This document shows, piece after piece, positions 62,349 to 64,000 of a stretch of 64,000 bases of DNA. The number at the start of each line of letters is the position of its first letter. The first letter of the stretch is position 1. The translations under genes were made by a program, and so were the position numbers. The DNA is taken from positions 12,958,001 through 13,022,000 of the forward strand of contig NC_043017.1 in the NCBI RefSeq assembly GCF_006345805.1. The letters run 5' to 3'. A model generated the notes under the pieces. The model was given only the letters and a program-made list of their open reading frames with translations. It was not told where the DNA came from and did not search any database. Origin of the DNA: Octopus sinensis. Lineage: Eukaryota.

Positions 62349-62693
62349 AAGGGAAACACGACCCCTTCGGTCATGAATGCCATGGGATTGCACCTAGAAA
62401 GTTACCTTCCTAGATACAAGTCCCGTGCAAGGTTTTTTATGGAAGGCCAGCAGTCGCCATGCATACCAGCCTCCCCTCTCCACGCCACCAGTGTTATCCA
62501 AGGGAAAGACAAAGGTCGATACAGCTTTGCACACAGCGACGTCGCAACTCATTTCTACAGCTGAGTGAACTGGAGCAACGTGAAATAAAGTGCCTTGCTC
62601 GAGAACACAAACCCGCAGCCCGGTCCGGGATTCGAGCTCACAACCTCATGATCGTAAGCTCGACGCTCTAACCACTGAGCCATGCGCCTTCAC
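62349..62693 (-). mobile_element. SINE S4
   Basis: Reverse complement of 56047-56392. Confidence 0.85.
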
Positions 62694-62742
62694 ATTATTG
62701 ATATATAATATATATAATATATATATATATATATTTATATAC

Positions 62743-62957
62743 AGGAGGTGCTGAAAAGTTCATGGCTTTAGGTAAAAGAAAATATAGGTAGATCTGTTAA
62801 TTATGATTTTATTCAACATATTCCCCTCTCAGATTCACACAATTATTGCAGAAGTCCTTCACTTTTTCTAAGCCCTGTAAAAGAACTCGGAAGATTGGGC
62901 CTCCAGCCAGGCTTTTCACAACACCCTTTTAGCTAGGAACTTTTCAGCACCTCCTCA
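62743..62957. mobile_element. Mariner-like MITE
   Basis: TIR GGAGGTGCTGAAAAGTTC / GAACTTTTCAGCACCTCC. Confidence 0.75.
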
Positions 62958-63243
62958 TGTGTGTGTGTGTGTGTGTGTGTATGTGTGTGTTTTAAAATAG
63001 ACACCTAGTCAGACAAACCTAGTAACATCATTGAGGCCATCAAATTGACCAACCATATAGGCAGCAGAGATGATTGCTCAAAGTAGCAGTGGATCAGGAA
63101 ATGATACTTTTTACTGGACACAAGCTGGCATTTGACCAATCCTGCCTGGATCACCTGGGTGGGGATGTCTGATTGTTAAGACCCAAAATGCCCAGTGACC
63201 CTCCAGGTAAAAAAAACCACTGTTTATGTGTCCAGGTGCATCA

Positions 63244-63621
63244 AGAAGCTTGCTTCCCAACCACATGGTTTCAGGTTCAGTTCCACTGTGTGGCTACTCT
63301 AGCCTCAGGCTGACCAAAACCTTGCGAGTGGATTTGGTAGATGGAAACTGAAAGAAGCCTATTGTATATATATATATATACACACACACACACTCACACT
63401 CATCTTGTGTGTGTGTGTCTTTGTATCTGTGTTTGTCCCCAACCACTGCTTGATGAGCAGTGTTGGTGTGTTTACATTTCTGGAACTTAACAGTTCAGCA
63501 AAAGGAACTGATAGAATAAATACCAGGCTTAAAAAAAAAGAGTAGTGGGGTTGAATCATTCAAATGAAAATTCTTCAAGGTGGTTCCCCAGCATGGCTGC
63601 AGTCTCATAACTGAAACAAAT
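63244..63621 (+). mobile_element. SINE S1, diverged
   Basis: Same family. Confidence 0.8.
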
Positions 63622-64000
63622 AAGGGATTTATTTTCTATGCTGGTATGAGTTGGATTCTTGAGCAGACGCTTGTGATCCAGAGGACTGCTCCAAGCGCCA
63701 ATGTCTACTTTGGCATGGTTTCTATGGCTGGATGTCCTTCCTAATGCCAACCCCTTTAAAGAGTGTACTGGGTGCTTTGTATATCGCACCAGAGAGGTCA
63801 CCAAGTAACTCACAAGAGTAAACCCCGTTAAGTGAGATGTGAGTGGATTTGAGGATGGTGACTTTATGGCGGGTGTTGAAAGGTATGATAGATGGATAGG
63901 AACAGGTGTTTTGCTGTAGATACATAGTTACCTTAGTTGGAAAAGACAGAAAATAGTGGGGATGATGCTGAGGTATGCCCTCGAGTTACAGGAAAATGAA

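Noticed and set aside
55839-63210. Further CCDC180 exon candidates (ttacAG at 55838; aaatAG at 63000)
   Set aside because: Each meets an in-frame stop before a usable donor and shows no recognisable similarity.

Overview
Repeat-dense, AT-rich animal DNA. The SINE/LINE repertoire looks like an octopus (coleoid cephalopod), which is my inference from recalled repeat sequences. The window lies inside one large + strand gene that I assign to CCDC180. I traced 16 GT-AG exons from 1862 to 42874 that splice into one phase-consistent open frame of 1854 nt (618 codons); the first coding exon is upstream of the window and I found no further exon after 42874. An intronless alpha-arrestin gene (390 aa) lies antisense at 47195-48367, apparently inside the next CCDC180 intron. 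The introns hold four or more tRNA-derived SINE families, a young RTE LINE with three single-base frameshifts, an older RTE/BovB-like LINE, CR1 and R4/Dong fragments, Tc1/mariner relics, piggyBac- and hAT-type MITEs, non-autonomous Helitrons and many micro/minisatellites. Two things stand out. (1) Several small non-coding foldback elements carry type I hammerhead ribozyme motifs with palindromic stem III (Penelope/retrozyme style), three of them on the pre-mRNA strand. (2) A SINE retrotransposition appears to have captured a whole CCDC180 coding exon and re-inserted it inverted about 9 kb downstream between 13-bp target-site duplications, so the pre-mRNA carries a near-perfect antisense copy of its own exon. 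There is no CRISPR array and no genuine tRNA or rRNA gene. All alignments were done by eye; no database search was run.
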